In this document: positions 11,612 through 24,559 of the stretch, piece after piece
How positions within the stretch are numbered: the first letter of the stretch is position 1
How the letters are laid out: each line of letters starts with the position of its first letter
Assembly (NCBI RefSeq): GCF_021869535.1
Contig: NW_026262679.1
Span: 74,462,001 to 74,526,000, forward strand
DNA from: Mytilus californianus
Taxonomy: Eukaryota
Direction: 5' to 3'
Length of the DNA: 64,000 nt
Position numbers and translations under genes: made by a program
The notes under the pieces: model-generated
What the model saw: only the letters and a program-made list of their open reading frames with translations
The model's database searches: none
Told to the model about the DNA's origin: nothing

Positions 11612-14072
11612 CGGTAAGCGGACAAAAACTGTCACAGGACAAAAATTCACAAGACAGAAAGTCCCAAATTTGATAGGACAAAAGTAACAGAACAAAAAGA
11701 TTTTTTTTTAAATATTTTTTTTACAAAGATGATTTAATTATATATAGTTCAAGAATATATAAAAATGTTTTTTTAAAGATGAGGGTTTTTTTTATTAAAA
11801 GAATAAATTAATGCCACGTGGATATAAACATGTGCAACAATAAGAAAACAACCCAATGCCAAAGATAATTGAAAGACATCTAGAGGTCAATATACAGTCT
11901 CAAACAATAGACAAAATGAAAAAGTATATCCAATTGTTGAATTGTATTGTTAAATGTATTTGCAAGATTTAAAATTTTATATCTTTGACAACTTTTTTAG
12001 TATGAGGTTTAACTTAACATTTTATAAAATTTTGATTTCATTGTGGCTAATCTGTAAAAAAAAAACATGAATTAGAGAAGCCAATACTATTTGGACATTA
12101 ATTTGAGAACAACAAAATAGATGTCTATTTCGGGGATATATAATTGGTCATACATGTAGATTTGGAATCTTATTTTATTATGACGTCAGATTTGGGTGTC
12201 GACTTCAGGAATGGAGGTTGGTTAGAGACTGGACGTCAATCTGAGTCTTACATATGTATATATATTGATTCAGTTGTGAGGGTAAATAGACACTGATAAG
12301 TCTGATAATATTTTATAGTTTAATGTTTGTTCACCTGTTTACTATGATTAGCTGGAAGTATGTTCTTGTTTCAAAAAGAGGGGCACTCAGCATATATTAT
12401 TAATTTGTGCATGAAGTGACAACTACTTGCTAGAAACTGAATGTTTTGACCACAACTTTGTATGTTTTAACTGGGATACGTACATATAATATAAAAAAAA
12501 AATTACATGTCTTTTTCAGGACTTCTGATCCATGTAGTTTGGCATGTTTGTTAGATCATAGAGGTGGTTATGAAGGGCGAATGTTCATGACAGGCCTCTA
12601 TTACAAAGTAAATCACTGGATTGAGCTTTTTGTCTAAGTGTATTATTAAAGTGCTTTGCTTCGAGCTCAGTTCATTGTTATGCAAATGCATTCTTTGTGA
12701 AATAAAGATTTGACAAACAACTCACATCTGCACATGATCTGCTGTAAGGTAAGATGATTAAAACTGTCAGCACAAGGAGTTATTGAAGTAGCATCCTTTC
12801 AATGTAAGTATTTAAGGGAAGATTAAAGCATTTTATTTACACTTGAACCAAACATTTTTTGTCCAGAAGCCAAATAAAAAAAGCACAAATTTACCAAACA
12901 ATGCTACTCGTGCTACTAGCAATATGATGCTAGGTGGTTTTGTAACACTTTTTTTAAACATTTGTGCTGCCTGCTAATGAGTCCTGAGTGTAAATGATTA
13001 TTCACTTATACATACCGGTAATGTTAGTAAGTATATTTTTTTTAATCCTTTTGTCCGTCAGTCTTGTTCATATCTAAAAGAATTTTATCAGTTTGTAGGA
13101 GTTATGAGCATCTGTATTGGTATCTGCCATATCTGGTATATTGTCGTTACTTAAAACCATAATATATCTTCTAAGAAACAATTTCGACATTTAAACAACA
13201 AAATCTTTTGCTAATGATACTGGGAAGATCCTGAACAAATTTACAGTTTTATGTGGACAAATCCAAGTAAGAAATGACCACCTCAAAAGAACATAAATAG
13301 AACCATACAAATATTACATGCATGCAGGTTCTCGGATACCATCTCGCATATTAAAATCACATCATGCAGAAATGCACCTAATGTGTTCCTTTTCTAATTT
13401 TGAGATTTTGCTACTATCCAAAATTAAAATTGTGGAACATATTTTATCGGAATCATTTGGCAATCCTTGCAATCTTCTGCTTCTTTGCGTAAATCTCTCC
13501 AGCGTTGGAGCACACTCAGCTAGTTAACGGATCATTTTTAAAAATGTTAATGTATTCACACAGAAGTTATTCCAAAGTTAAAATGTTTAAAGGAAATCCT
13601 CCAATGGAACGTTGCACATGCACAAAATTTATTCACAGGAATGTACATATATTATACACGAAGCACTTAGTACGTTGGTCAATATGTAGATTTGATATTA
13701 AAAGCAATGTCTATCTAAATAAAGTCCATGAACGGTCGGCACTGATTTAAATTAGTGTCTCCTCCATGACAGTCTTGAATATTAAAACTAAATATTAAAT
13801 AAAAGACACTGCTATTTTTAGTGTTTGGTACGGGTTGTCTGTCACTGTGCACAACAGTTCAACATAGAACCCTACGGGGAAAACCAGAGAACTCTTTTTG
13901 TCAGAAAACACCGTCAAACATCCAAACATACTATCCACACTATCTGTGTCCACACTTGTTTTATTAAAAGAAAAAATAATCTCGAAATTGAATTGTGACG
14001 TTTTGTCCTGTGACTATTTGTCCGTAACTTTTTGTCTGTGACTATTTTCCTGTGACTTCTGTTCTTCATTCC
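11612..14072. mobile_element. Putative TIR element (about 2.46 kb) with gtcacaggacaaaa subterminal arrays
   Basis: Imperfect inverted arrays at 11612-11698 and 13992-14072. ttttaa flanks both ends (11606-11611, 14073-14078). No transposase recognised inside. Confidence 0.55.
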
Positions 14073-15166
14073 TTTTAACACATCAAACTCCTACCGTTGC
14101 CTAGATTGGTTCCCTCTCAGTTTTATAACCCTGGATCCGCATCTGAGTTTAAAGCATAGGCACTTGTCTCTGAAAATACAATTACATATATACTTTAATA
14201 TAACATAAGGTACCTAACTCGTATATTTGCAAAATGTCACCCGGTCGCGAACTTCCGTTATATTTCGATTATGCTGTTGTCTATCCCACTGAAACTTGTT
14301 ATGTCGTAAATCTACAAGATGGTGTTTAACACGCTTATTTCTATTGTCGGATCCGGAATCATTCGTAACAGGCCTTCTAAGTATGTCAACCGTAATTATT
14401 TCGTCTTCTCACAACCAATTGTAAATTATAAAAAAAATACAGGCAATAATGTTGTCGTTCTTTAACGTCACTACTTTACAGCGATACTTCAAACTGAGAG
14501 TGCTTTTCTTTCTAACCGAAATTTTGCAAACGTTGTGTGGCGTTTGTTATCGTTTGCTAAACGCTACAAAAGTAGAAACAAATACATCGTTTAATCAGTG
14601 TTTTCTGACCCTGTTTGAACTTTCAATAATGCATGCACATGTTGTTCGTAAACAGACTTATTACGCGGTTATAATTAAATGCGGTTCCTTCAACCAACAT
14701 GGTAATATAATCTCAGAACTTTACACCGTTTTTTCTATTTCATATGTATGAAAGTTTGTTGCCTATAATTAAGATTATTACTAACAGTGTTTCTGGATTT
14801 TGTGCTTATACTGTTAAAGCATGTGTCCCTTTTCAAAGATCTTCAAACTATTACATTGATTTAGCAAGTTATTCTTTTATATTTTTGTTACGTTTATACG
14901 ATATGATAGGCACTAGGGCGAAGATTTCACTGCTCTGTTTGTCTTTTTGCAGATTGTTCCAATGTTTTTTTTATAATTTTACTAAAATTCAAGGTTGAAG
15001 TTTGAAACAAATGTAGCGTTTGTACAAATAAACGATGAACGACAAACTGTAGACGCATTTTTAGCGAGTGCATAGTTTGTCAAAGTTTATGTAAACTTTG
15101 CAAACGTATGTTAGATATGCTTTATTTAAAAAACAAAAAAAAAAACAAAAAAAAAACAAAAAAAAA

Positions 15167-15275
15167 CAAATGATCAAAACATATGCGCGCTCAGCCGTTT
15201 GCATCGTTTGTGTTAGAAAGAAATGATCAAAACATGTGCGCGCTCAGCCGTTTGCATCGTTTGTGTTAGAAAGAA
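15167..15275. repeat. About 53-bp tandem duplication
   Basis: aaatgatcaaaacat[a/g]tgcgcgctcagccgtttgcatcgtttgtgttagaaag occurs twice. Confidence 0.85.
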
Positions 15276-15559
15276 ATGCACTCTGAGATTGCAAATTCTT
15301 AGACATTCATGCCTACTAGTTCTACTGAAGAAAATATCATAGGGAAGCATGTTGTTTGAACAACGACTGAACTGTAAGCTGTTCATGCACACCATAAACT
15401 TTCCACCAGTAATGTATTGACTTCCTATATTACACAAACAACTTATAGAAATCGTTTTATATCTGTACCCAGTGGCAGTGAAATATTTAGCTGTAAATAG
15501 TCTTCTGTATCATGATCTAGCATTCGTGAAGGAAATTGTTTTCAAATATTGTGACAAGG

Positions 15560-16180
15560 TTTACATATGATAATAAACAGTATTAAGTATTTTTTAGTTT
15601 ACGAAAATTCTTTCAACTCCCCCAGGCAAAGTTGACCTTAGATGGATTTGGCTATTATTTTTAGGTGCTATTTGGTCATATATCTCTTCTACTGTTTCGG
15701 TTCTTATATATCGTTGGCTTTCATATATTCGGCTTTGAGCGTTACCGAGGATGGCATAATCCAGAAAAGTGCTTTGGACGTATGCAATTTATAAAGTGTT
15801 GTTTTCATTTTTTACAGCACTTGGTCTATACCGCTGCTTGTTGAATATCAGTCCCCGAGGGTGTCATAGCTCAATAATCAATACTTAGGTACTGAGATGA
15901 TTTATAACAAACATTTCTTAAATTGTCCGTTTATAAATTTAGAGTTAACTATTAATTAACTACGGTTTCAACTCCCCCAGGCAAAGTTGACCTTAGATGA
16001 ATTTGGCTATTTTTGTTAGGTCCTATGTGGTCATATAGCTCTTCAACTGTTTCAGTTCTGATACATCCTTGGTTTTCAAATATTCGTCTCTGAGCGTTCA
16101 TGATGAAGATAAATAAAAAAAAGCGCTTCGAACGCATGAGATTTATAAAGTGTTGTTTTCATTTTTTTAGAGGTTTTGGA
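15560..16180. repeat. Two tandem about 355-bp units of family C (tcaactcccccaggcaaagttgaccttagatg)
   Basis: Unit starts at 15613 and 15968. Reverse-oriented related units at about 41570-42240 and 52370-52800, and a fragment near 23440. Confidence 0.7.
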
Positions 16181-16374
16181 TAAGCTATATTACTTTGAGT
16201 GTCAGTTTGACTCCATTAACAGTTATGTTTTCTTCAATCTAACCAAAACAAACACGAATTTTCCAATTAGATGAAAATTGTGTAATCAAACAAATAAAAC
16301 TTAACTAATTCAAAATATTATCTAAATATATATTCAATACCGGTCGGCAAACACCCTTTTCGTTTCAATGATAG

Positions 16375-16585
16375 AAAACAAAGGATATAGGGTATACATC
16401 CATGACACAAAATCAGTACATGCACAGCACAAAACACGTACACAAAAAGCAAAGGAACAGCGCTTTTATTGCTGTTCTTCATCTCAAAGTCACTTTGAGG
16501 CCCTCAACACGGAGCAAAAAACTCTCGCCTCACTGCAAGTTTAAGACGGCCCCTAGCATCGGGTTGAGCGGAATTCTTTGCAAAA
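16375..16585. repeat. Dispersed repeat also present at about 62905-63125 in reverse
   Basis: ORFs 16402-16692(+) and 62880-63110(-) share ..KKQRNSAFI.VL.LKVT.RPSTRSKK.....CKFKT.PS.GLSGILCK because the DNA is homologous. Confidence 0.75.
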
Positions 16586-16894
16586 ATAATTTGGATAGAT
16601 TTTGTAAGATGTTACACCAAGCTAGTCTGTGTACATGTGTCATATATAACAATGACTGCTACAAAAAAAAAAAAAAAAAAAGAAACGTGTAGAATTTTAC
16701 AACGTTTTGAATGGTGAGTTACCAGATGTCCCGTTGAGTCCGTATCTAGATAAATATACATGATTAAAAATATAAATAGACCTGTTGGTGACCTTCTGCT
16801 GTTGTCTGTTCTATGGTCGGGTTGTTGTCTCTTTGACACATTCCCCATTTCCATTCTCATTTTTACACTATCAAGTATGAACGATTTCAATCAT

Positions 16895-16993
16895 ATAATA
16901 GTTATTGAAGAACTGGTCATTATCGTGATATATGGACTGTCCTACGGGCAGTCCATGTATCACGATAATGACCAGTTCTTCAATAATTATTAT
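16895..16993. repeat. Palindrome with 48-bp arms and 3-nt loop
   Basis: 16895-16942 pairs with 16946-16993 with three mismatches. Confidence 0.9.
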
Positions 16994-18408
16994 GTTTATT
17001 TCATTGAGGAACCATGTTTTTAAAAATTCTCATAAATTCAAATTGTTCAAAGCGAACTCGAGTTATTGACATATTGTACGATTCCCATAGGAAAGAGTGA
17101 AGACCAGTCATAGTGATAACTATAAGTCACTGCCATTCATTTAATTTTTAAAGTGCAATTTTTCAGTATATGAATAAAAATTAAAGTTTTCTATAAGTTT
17201 ATAATTCTTGTTGCTGCATGAGTAGTTGGTCTCTATTAGCATCGGAAAGTACGGCAAAACGACCATTTGAGTTGTCTGTCGCAGACATGCCTTCCACTTT
17301 CCAAACGTCTGAATCGCGATTGCGTTTTATTAAAGGGACACCACTCTAAACAGAGAAACCACGCCCCACTGGTCATTAACATGTAAAAGTCCGTTAACGA
17401 CCGCTTTTCTGGTCTGTTTTTTTTCTGTTAAAGACCGATGGAATTTTTTACTAAAGAATAAAGAATGTCATGTGGCCCCTTGTTATATCCAATAAGAGAA
17501 GCTAATTCTTAACCGATATGAAATAATGAAGGTTAATTCAATAAAGTCCTTTGGGTACAACAGATTTATAAAGTGTTCACAGTTCCATTTTCCTAGCACA
17601 TAATTGATGCCTCTGCTATTGGATTGTTAGTTTAAGAAATTTTCATACTGGTATTAGTGATGTAGACAATATGATCAGTGTACAGATAAAGGGTCAAATT
17701 TGAAATAAGAACACAGAGTATAAAACTTATAGAAGCTTTAAAAATTAGACCAAGAAAATTTTCTTGCAGACTTAAAAAAGGTTGAATTCACTAAAATAAT
17801 AGATCAAGATGATATAAATCAAGCATATTCAGATTTTGAAAAGGCTGTGGTAAATGTTTTAGACCAACTGCTCCCTTGAAGAAAAGGAAACAATGCAAAC
17901 AACCTGCACCATTTTATGAACTGCGAATGGGACAACAGAGAAATCTTGTAAATAAAATAAAGAAAAAATCCATTAAAACATATTTTTACGAACGCTGCAT
18001 AGGCGGACCCTTTTATTACAAACAAAGGCAGCAACCTAACAAAAAAATGTCATCCTATGTGATGAAGAAACCATAATAAGTGACCAAAAGAAAGTAGCAG
18101 AACACTTCAATGATTTTTTTTATAAATGTGGCAAAAGATATTGGCAACAACACACCTGCTACCAATAACCACCCAAGTGTTAAAAAATACATGAAAACAA
18201 AAGTGCCACACAAAAACTAGAATTCAGTACCTCTCAAATGAGTTTGTAGACAAACAACTTAAAATATTAAACATCAAAAAGGCAACAGGAAACTTAAAAT
18301 ATCAAATATCAAAAAGGCAACAGGAATAGATGGCATCTCAGTTAAATTCCTAAAACTAGCACAACCAGTTATCACAAAACCAATAACTGAATAAACAAGA
18401 CTATAAAA

Positions 18409-21400
18409 TATGGCAAGCCGTTCTCGACAAAACTAGTATGTTTAAACCATTTTTCGAAAAATTTACACACTGAGAATTAACAAAAAAAAGAAAACAAAAA
18501 AAAACCAAACACTGAGATTAAAAAACCTAAAAACACACACTGAGAATTAAAAATTACACACTGAGATTTCACAAAAACGTACTGAGATTACAAAAAATGA
18601 ACAACATACACTGAGAATTGAAAATTACACAATGAGATTTCAAAAAGACACACTGAGATGATATAAACTGAAAAACACACACTGAGAATTTGAAATTACA
18701 CACTAAGAATTTAAAATTACACATTGAGATTTGTGCGCACTATTTATGCGCACATATCTAATTAGCATACTTAATCTGAATCTATTACAAGCTCAAAACA
18801 ACTAGGACAGAACTCGTTAGTCCTTCAATTTGGCGCTAAATGTTTTATTAAACACATTAAAAATACAACGTATAGAAAAACTACGTTATTACAGACCAAT
18901 AGAACAAGAAATATACCAACTTACTCTCATTATAAAATATAACCAAATGGTGAAAAACTTTATTAAAATTATAAGAAAACATTGGAACAATAAGATAAGA
19001 TAAGAAAACTTTATTTTGATTCGGCATAAGTTAAAAAGACACAACACAAGCTCTAAGGAGCTTTTGACCGAATATAAAAACATATACATAACATATAAAA
19101 ACAGTCTAATTTGACATATAAAACAACCTGTTATACGAAGTTAAATCTCACTTACATAGCATGCAATACAAATTTAGCAACAAATTTAAAATGAAATAAA
19201 ACATGCTAGACCAGAGCAACCAAAAGCAACATAAGTAATAAACATCTCAAGAATTATCTGCAAGCAGAACAGCGACATTCCAAACCGTTCCAGGACTGAA
19301 CAAGACTCAGTTTAAAATGTGAAAAACTATTTTCAGTCCTGAAATGGTTTGGAAGGCTGTTCCATAAAGTAGCGGCAGCAAATTTGAAAGATTTTTTACC
19401 GTAACGGGTTGACTTTACCTGTGGAACATCCAGAATATTTACATACCTGAAAGAATACTTAGATTTTTTGACACTCACCAAATTTTGTAAGCACACAGGA
19501 GCTATATTATTTATAATCTTAAAAGTTTCTAGAGCCATTGTTCTAATCCGTCTAATCTGCAAGGAGGGCACCTTAGCTTTAAGTAAGAGGTCCTCGTAGG
19601 GGCTGGTAAAATCCTCATATACAAAACGGAGTGCTCTTTCCTGCACCTTTTCTAATTTTTTGGAATTTTTCTCAGTGCAAAAAAGCCATGCCAAAGGACA
19701 AAAATTAAAATTACTAAGAATAACGGTATGAAAAATAGTAAGTTTACTAAGTCTATCCAAAACTGAGCCCAAAAGTTTTAAAACATTTAATTGCTGTGAT
19801 GCCCTCCTACAGATTGAGCTGATATGAACATCAAAATTTAACTGATAGTCAATTTCAATGCCTAATAATTTTACTGTTTTTTCACATGTAAGGTTCGAGT
19901 TTTGAATATGTATAGATGGGTTTTGTTCAAAGGTCTTTTTGCCAACAGCCAAAACTTGAAACTTGTCGGGATTTGCTTGCATTTTATTCACCCGGAACCA
20001 CTCAATAAGTATTTTTGACTCAGATTCCAAAGTTGAAATTAATAAATCAAAATCTGGAGTACAGAAAGACAAAGTATTGTCATCTGCATAGTTATATAAA
20101 CTACCATTTTTAACAAAAAGAAAAATATCATTTATAAATATGTTAAACAACAATGGCCCTAGTATAGAACCCTGTGGTACGCCTTTATGGATGTCAGCCC
20201 AACCACTCAGAACATTGTTGACTTTAATTTGTTGTTTACGATTTGATAAATAGGACTTTAAAAGAGCAACTGCATGGGGGGATACACCATATGCTGATAA
20301 TTTATCTAGCAAGATATTGTGAGGCAGGCAGTCAAAAGCCTTAGAAAGATCCATTAATACCGCTGCAATGTACTGGTTTTTATCAAGAGCTTCACGCCAA
20401 TCTTCTAACACTCTGAGAAGTGTGGTCTGACATCCATGTCCACGTCTAAAAGCACACAAAAAAGGATTAAATATTTTATCAAAGTATTCAGTTAGTTGAA
20501 TTTCATATATTTTTTCAAAGATTTTAGAAAATATGGGTAAGACACTAACTGGTCTATAGTTTGTTTTTAATAATGGGTCACTCTTTTTATGAAGGGGGGT
20601 CACTTGGGCTACTTTAAGTTTATCAGGAAACAGTTATTTGCAATTGACAAATTTACAAGAGTTGTCAGCTGTTGTGCAATATAAGATTTACAATTTTTTA
20701 CTATTTTTGCTGGAATACCATCAGCTCCTGTAGCCTTCTTGATGTTTATTTTATTGACATTTTTGTTAGATACTTTCTTGAATTCAAAGTCAGAAATATG
20801 CTTTCTGTTACTCAAAATTTCTTTTATACTTGGGTGATTTGAGGTGTCATATACCACATCTGCTCCAATTTTGTCTGCTACTGTGCAAAAATACAAACAA
20901 TGCAGTGATTTTTTTCCCAAAGTGCCTATTATATAGCATATAAACGTAACAAAAATATAAAAGATTACCTTGCGAAATCAGGGTAACAGTTGAAAGACTT
21001 TTGAAAAGGGACCATGCTTAAACAGTCTTAAGCAAAAAATCCCGATATACTGTTAGTAATAATCTGAATTATAGGCAACAAACTTATGAATATAAGTTAG
21101 CAAAAAAAGTTGTTAAGCCTTGAAATTTATTACGAATGTTGGTTGTAAGAACCGCATTTCATTATAATGACAAGAGTTCGGGAGACCAAGATATTAATCT
21201 GCTGAATTATTCAGCTCATGAATATTCATTAGTAATTTGCATATTAATCTCAACGTGTATTTTTGAAATCTCATTGTGTAATTAACAATTCTCAGTGTGT
21301 TTTTTTTCAATTTATTTCATCTCAGTGTGTCTTTTTAAAATCTCAATGTGCAATTTTAAATTCTCAGTGCGTGTTTTTCATTTTTTTAAATCTCAGATTG

Positions 21401-21564
21401 TATAATTTTGATTTGTCAGTGTGTTATTTTAGATTCTTAAATCCAAGAATTTGTATAGTAAGTCTTACTATACAAATCCTATACAAATCATTGTTAAATC
21501 TCAGTGTGTATTTTTTTTCGAAAAAATGGTTTAAACATAGTTTTGACGAGAACGGCTTGCCATA
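18409..21564. mobile_element. Non-autonomous TIR transposon with TATGG...CCATA ends and 6-bp TSD (IS3EU-like)
   Basis: TIR tatggcaagccgttctcg...tttaaaccattttt(t)cgaaaa of about 70 bp at both ends. TSD ataaaa at 18403-18408 and 21565-21570. Subterminal acacactgaga arrays at 18465-18730 and 21260-21510. The superfamily call rests on recalled IS3EU terminus/TSD rules. Confidence 0.8.
18992..20895 (-). mobile_element. Younger 5'-truncated CR1/L2-type LINE with a 449-codon open RT frame (19254-20603)
   Basis: RT motifs NYRPVSVLP, FLCAFRRGHGCQT, MDLSKAFD, GVPQGSILGPLLF, YADD. A one-base frameshift separates it from ORF 20609-20920. It has a (cttat)n tail at about 18990-19005 and a possible TSD aacaat (18986-18991, 20896-20901). 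Confidence 0.92.
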
Positions 21565-23799
21565 ATAAAATCAGCTACTTTTCCAGACCAACTAAAACAA
21601 GCACAAGTTGTACCATTGCACAAAAAGAACAATGTACTTGACGTAGGCAACAATATATAGATCAGTAAGGATACTTCCTGTTATTTCAATTTTTTTCGAA
21701 CGGGCAATTTACAACCAGCTAGTTGAATACTTCAATGCACACTTTCAACCATACTTATCAACTTTCTACTCAGAATAATTGAGGATTGGAAAATGGCAAT
21801 TGATAAAATAAATTCATTTGCTCAATACTAATGGATCTTTCTAAGGCCTTCGAATATCTTCCTCACGATATTCTGCTGCTTAAGCTTGCAGCGTATGGTC
21901 GGACTTTCAACTTCTTCTCTAGAACTGATGAAAAATTACTTATCTAACAGTGTTCGAGTTGGCTCCAGTGTAAGAAATTGGCAAAATATACACAAAGGAG
22001 TACCATAAGGTTGTATTTTTGGTCCTATACGTTTCAACATTTTCTTAAATGATATCTTTCACGTCACCTCACATAGTTCACTCTACAATTATGCTGACGA
22101 CAATACACTTTCTTTCTCATTCAAATAAGGATATAGACACAGTTATTTCTACACTTGAAAAAGACAGTTTGGCTCAGATAGATTGGTTCTCTTCCAATCA
22201 AATGAAGGCAGACCCTGAAAATTTTCAAGCTTTGGCAATTGGCAAAAAAACAATGGACAAAAACATTACATTTGACATTGCAGGTAACAAAATAAAATGT
22301 GAAAAGAGGTCAAACTATTATGCATCACAATTGAACTTAATTTCAACACACATATATCTAACATTTGCAAAAAAGAATCCAGACAACTTAATGTCTTAAA
22401 AAGACTTGGTATATACTTGAACAAACTGAACAAACTTAACAATATTCACTCTTTCATTATGTCAAACTTTAACTTCTGCTCATTGTCCTGGCATTTCTGC
22501 AGCGAGGCAAACACTACTAAAATTGAAAAGTACAAGAAAGAGCACTCCGCTTTATTTACCAGGATCACAATAGCACATATGATGATTTACTTTTGAAATA
22601 AAAAATGCCATCTCTTAAAGTAAGACGCATAAGAACCATGGCAATAAAGGTATTTAGAACAGTCAACAAAGGAAATACAATATACCTACGTGATCTTATA
22701 AACATGTAAGAAACAAAAGAAACAAAATATTATTTCAGATGTCAAAACTTAGCTGAAATACCTACAGTTAGAACTACAGGGTATGGCTTGAAATCATTCA
22801 GATATTCTGCAGCCAAACTATGAAATGAGTTACCAAACCACTTTAGAACTGAAACATCTTTTACTCAATTCAAGAGTCTAATAAATTCATGGAATGGCAA
22901 CTCATGCCATTGCAATGCATGTGCTTAGTATTTATTTTAAAGTTTTATGTTACAGTTTTGAAACATGATAGTGCGCTGCTTATTATAATTCCACTCTTTT
23001 TGTGTTTTATTTGTTTAGCGTTTTATTTTTTGTGATTGCTGTGCTAAAGTGTTTTATGTTGCTGCTTTAATGCTTCTTTTAGCTTAGTTTTCATGCATGC
23101 ATATAATGTTTAGTATTTAAATTAGTTCAGCCTTGACTAACTGTACATTGAATATATGTTTTATGTCTTCATGCTTTAGTATCAGTATTGTGTATGTTTA
23201 TTGTGTAAATGTATGTATTTGTCGGTTATAAAAGCTCAAAGAGCTTATGTTATTGTTTTGTGACATGCCGACTTTAAATAAAGCTTTTGATTTGATTTGA
23301 TTTGATTTGAGTTACCGAAGGTATCACCAGGTCAGAAATTGTTGTTTCGGTATACTGACTTAATTTTATAGTTTGATTTTTAAGTTAAATTCTCCGATGA
23401 ATCCTTAATGAATTATCATAAACGTACAAAAAATAAAATAACTCCCTCAGGCAAAGTCACATTAGATGGCAGTGGATTGGGTTATCATAGCTGTGCACCT
23501 GTAGTTCTGAATCCTTGCATGGCTTTCATTATTTGAATATGAACGGTATATTCATTATAGTTTTTTATGTGCTTTTAATGTACTCTGTAGAGTTGGGCTT
23601 TTTTTTAATAATTATTGTTTATTTCAATCAGAGACATATAATTTTTTTGTTAATATGCTGAATGAAATAAAGATTTATTTCCTTACTTACTGACCGTTAT
23701 ATTCCGGGGGCTAATATTGTGAGCCATGGGACGAAACAAAATGGTTAAAATCTTGGGGACGAGTCGTCTTCCTAAAACATCAAAGATCATCGGATTCTA

Positions 23800-23900
23800 A
23801 TCCGCTCCTTGATACTTCCGGTTACCGAAACAGAAAAACCCGCAATTTTCTGATTTTTAGTAAAGAACATTCTATTCGGCTGGTAACTAAATAGGTAAAC
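23800..23900 (+). promoter_or_regulatory. Candidate promoter / non-coding first exon of SUB1
   Basis: Local CpG enrichment, an ETS-like acttccgg motif near 23814 and a donor-like aatag|gtaaac near 23894. SUB1 needs an upstream UTR exon, but this placement is inference only. Confidence 0.3.
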
Positions 23901-24559
23901 ACATGAACCTGTATTATCTTACTTTTAACTGGGAATACAAAACTGAGACTTAAGACGCTATACATGAACGAAGCTTTAATATGCATTTAAAAAATAAAAA
24001 TCCTTGAGTAGATATTTTGGGCTATTCCAGAAATATAGTCGGTCCCCACTATGACATGACTATGGAACAGGAAGACATGCGAAGTCAAACTTTTTTTCCT
24101 AGGAGAAATTTTTCAGATTTTACTAAATTGTCTGGATTTCCACCTATTTGTCTTAACTAAATTTTTTTTCTTTAAACTAAAATATGGAAATCCAGTGTCT
24201 TTCATAGGGTTTGAGAACAATAAAAATGTATGGAAATAATTTCTAGTGTCTTCATTAAGGGTGGAGGGGGCATGTATTATTTCTGGAATTTGATGAAATG
24301 CAAATTTTTATGTATAAATGACTGTCAAGGAAGACTTGACATGCCCAAACATATGCTGCAGTTCAGGATTATGAACCCTTTTGTTGTTTCAATGCTAAAC
24401 ATGGAAATTTTATCAAAAATCCACAGCCTTTCCACTTGTGCTCTAATATTTGACAACTCGGTGCTTAATAGATAGAGGATTATTGCATGCAGTGCTAGCA
24501 ATGAATTCCCTAAACATGCTAAAGCAAATTTATAAATTAAGATATTGGTTAAAACAAAT

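Larger units (their letters stand above)
17560..23310 (+). mobile_element. Old CR1/L2-type LINE (degraded EN-RT), split by the insertion at 18409-21564
   Basis: Degraded frames run ...NKTIK | SATFPDQLKQAQVVPLHKK across the insertion, then YADDNTLSF-like RT sequence near 22090-22110. A 3' UTR stem (aaagctc...gagctt) and a (gattt)n tail lie at 23288-23310. The left boundary is approximate. Confidence 0.8.

Noticed and set aside
12180-12987. Possible box C/D snoRNAs (atgacg...ctga at 12180-12244; atgatgc...ctga at 12924-12987)
   Set aside because: The C boxes are imperfect and I could not identify an rRNA or snRNA antisense element.
18465-18730. Short repeated units resembling a CRISPR array
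   Set aside because: There are no unique spacers; these are subterminal tandem repeats mirrored at the other end of the TIR element, in a eukaryotic context.
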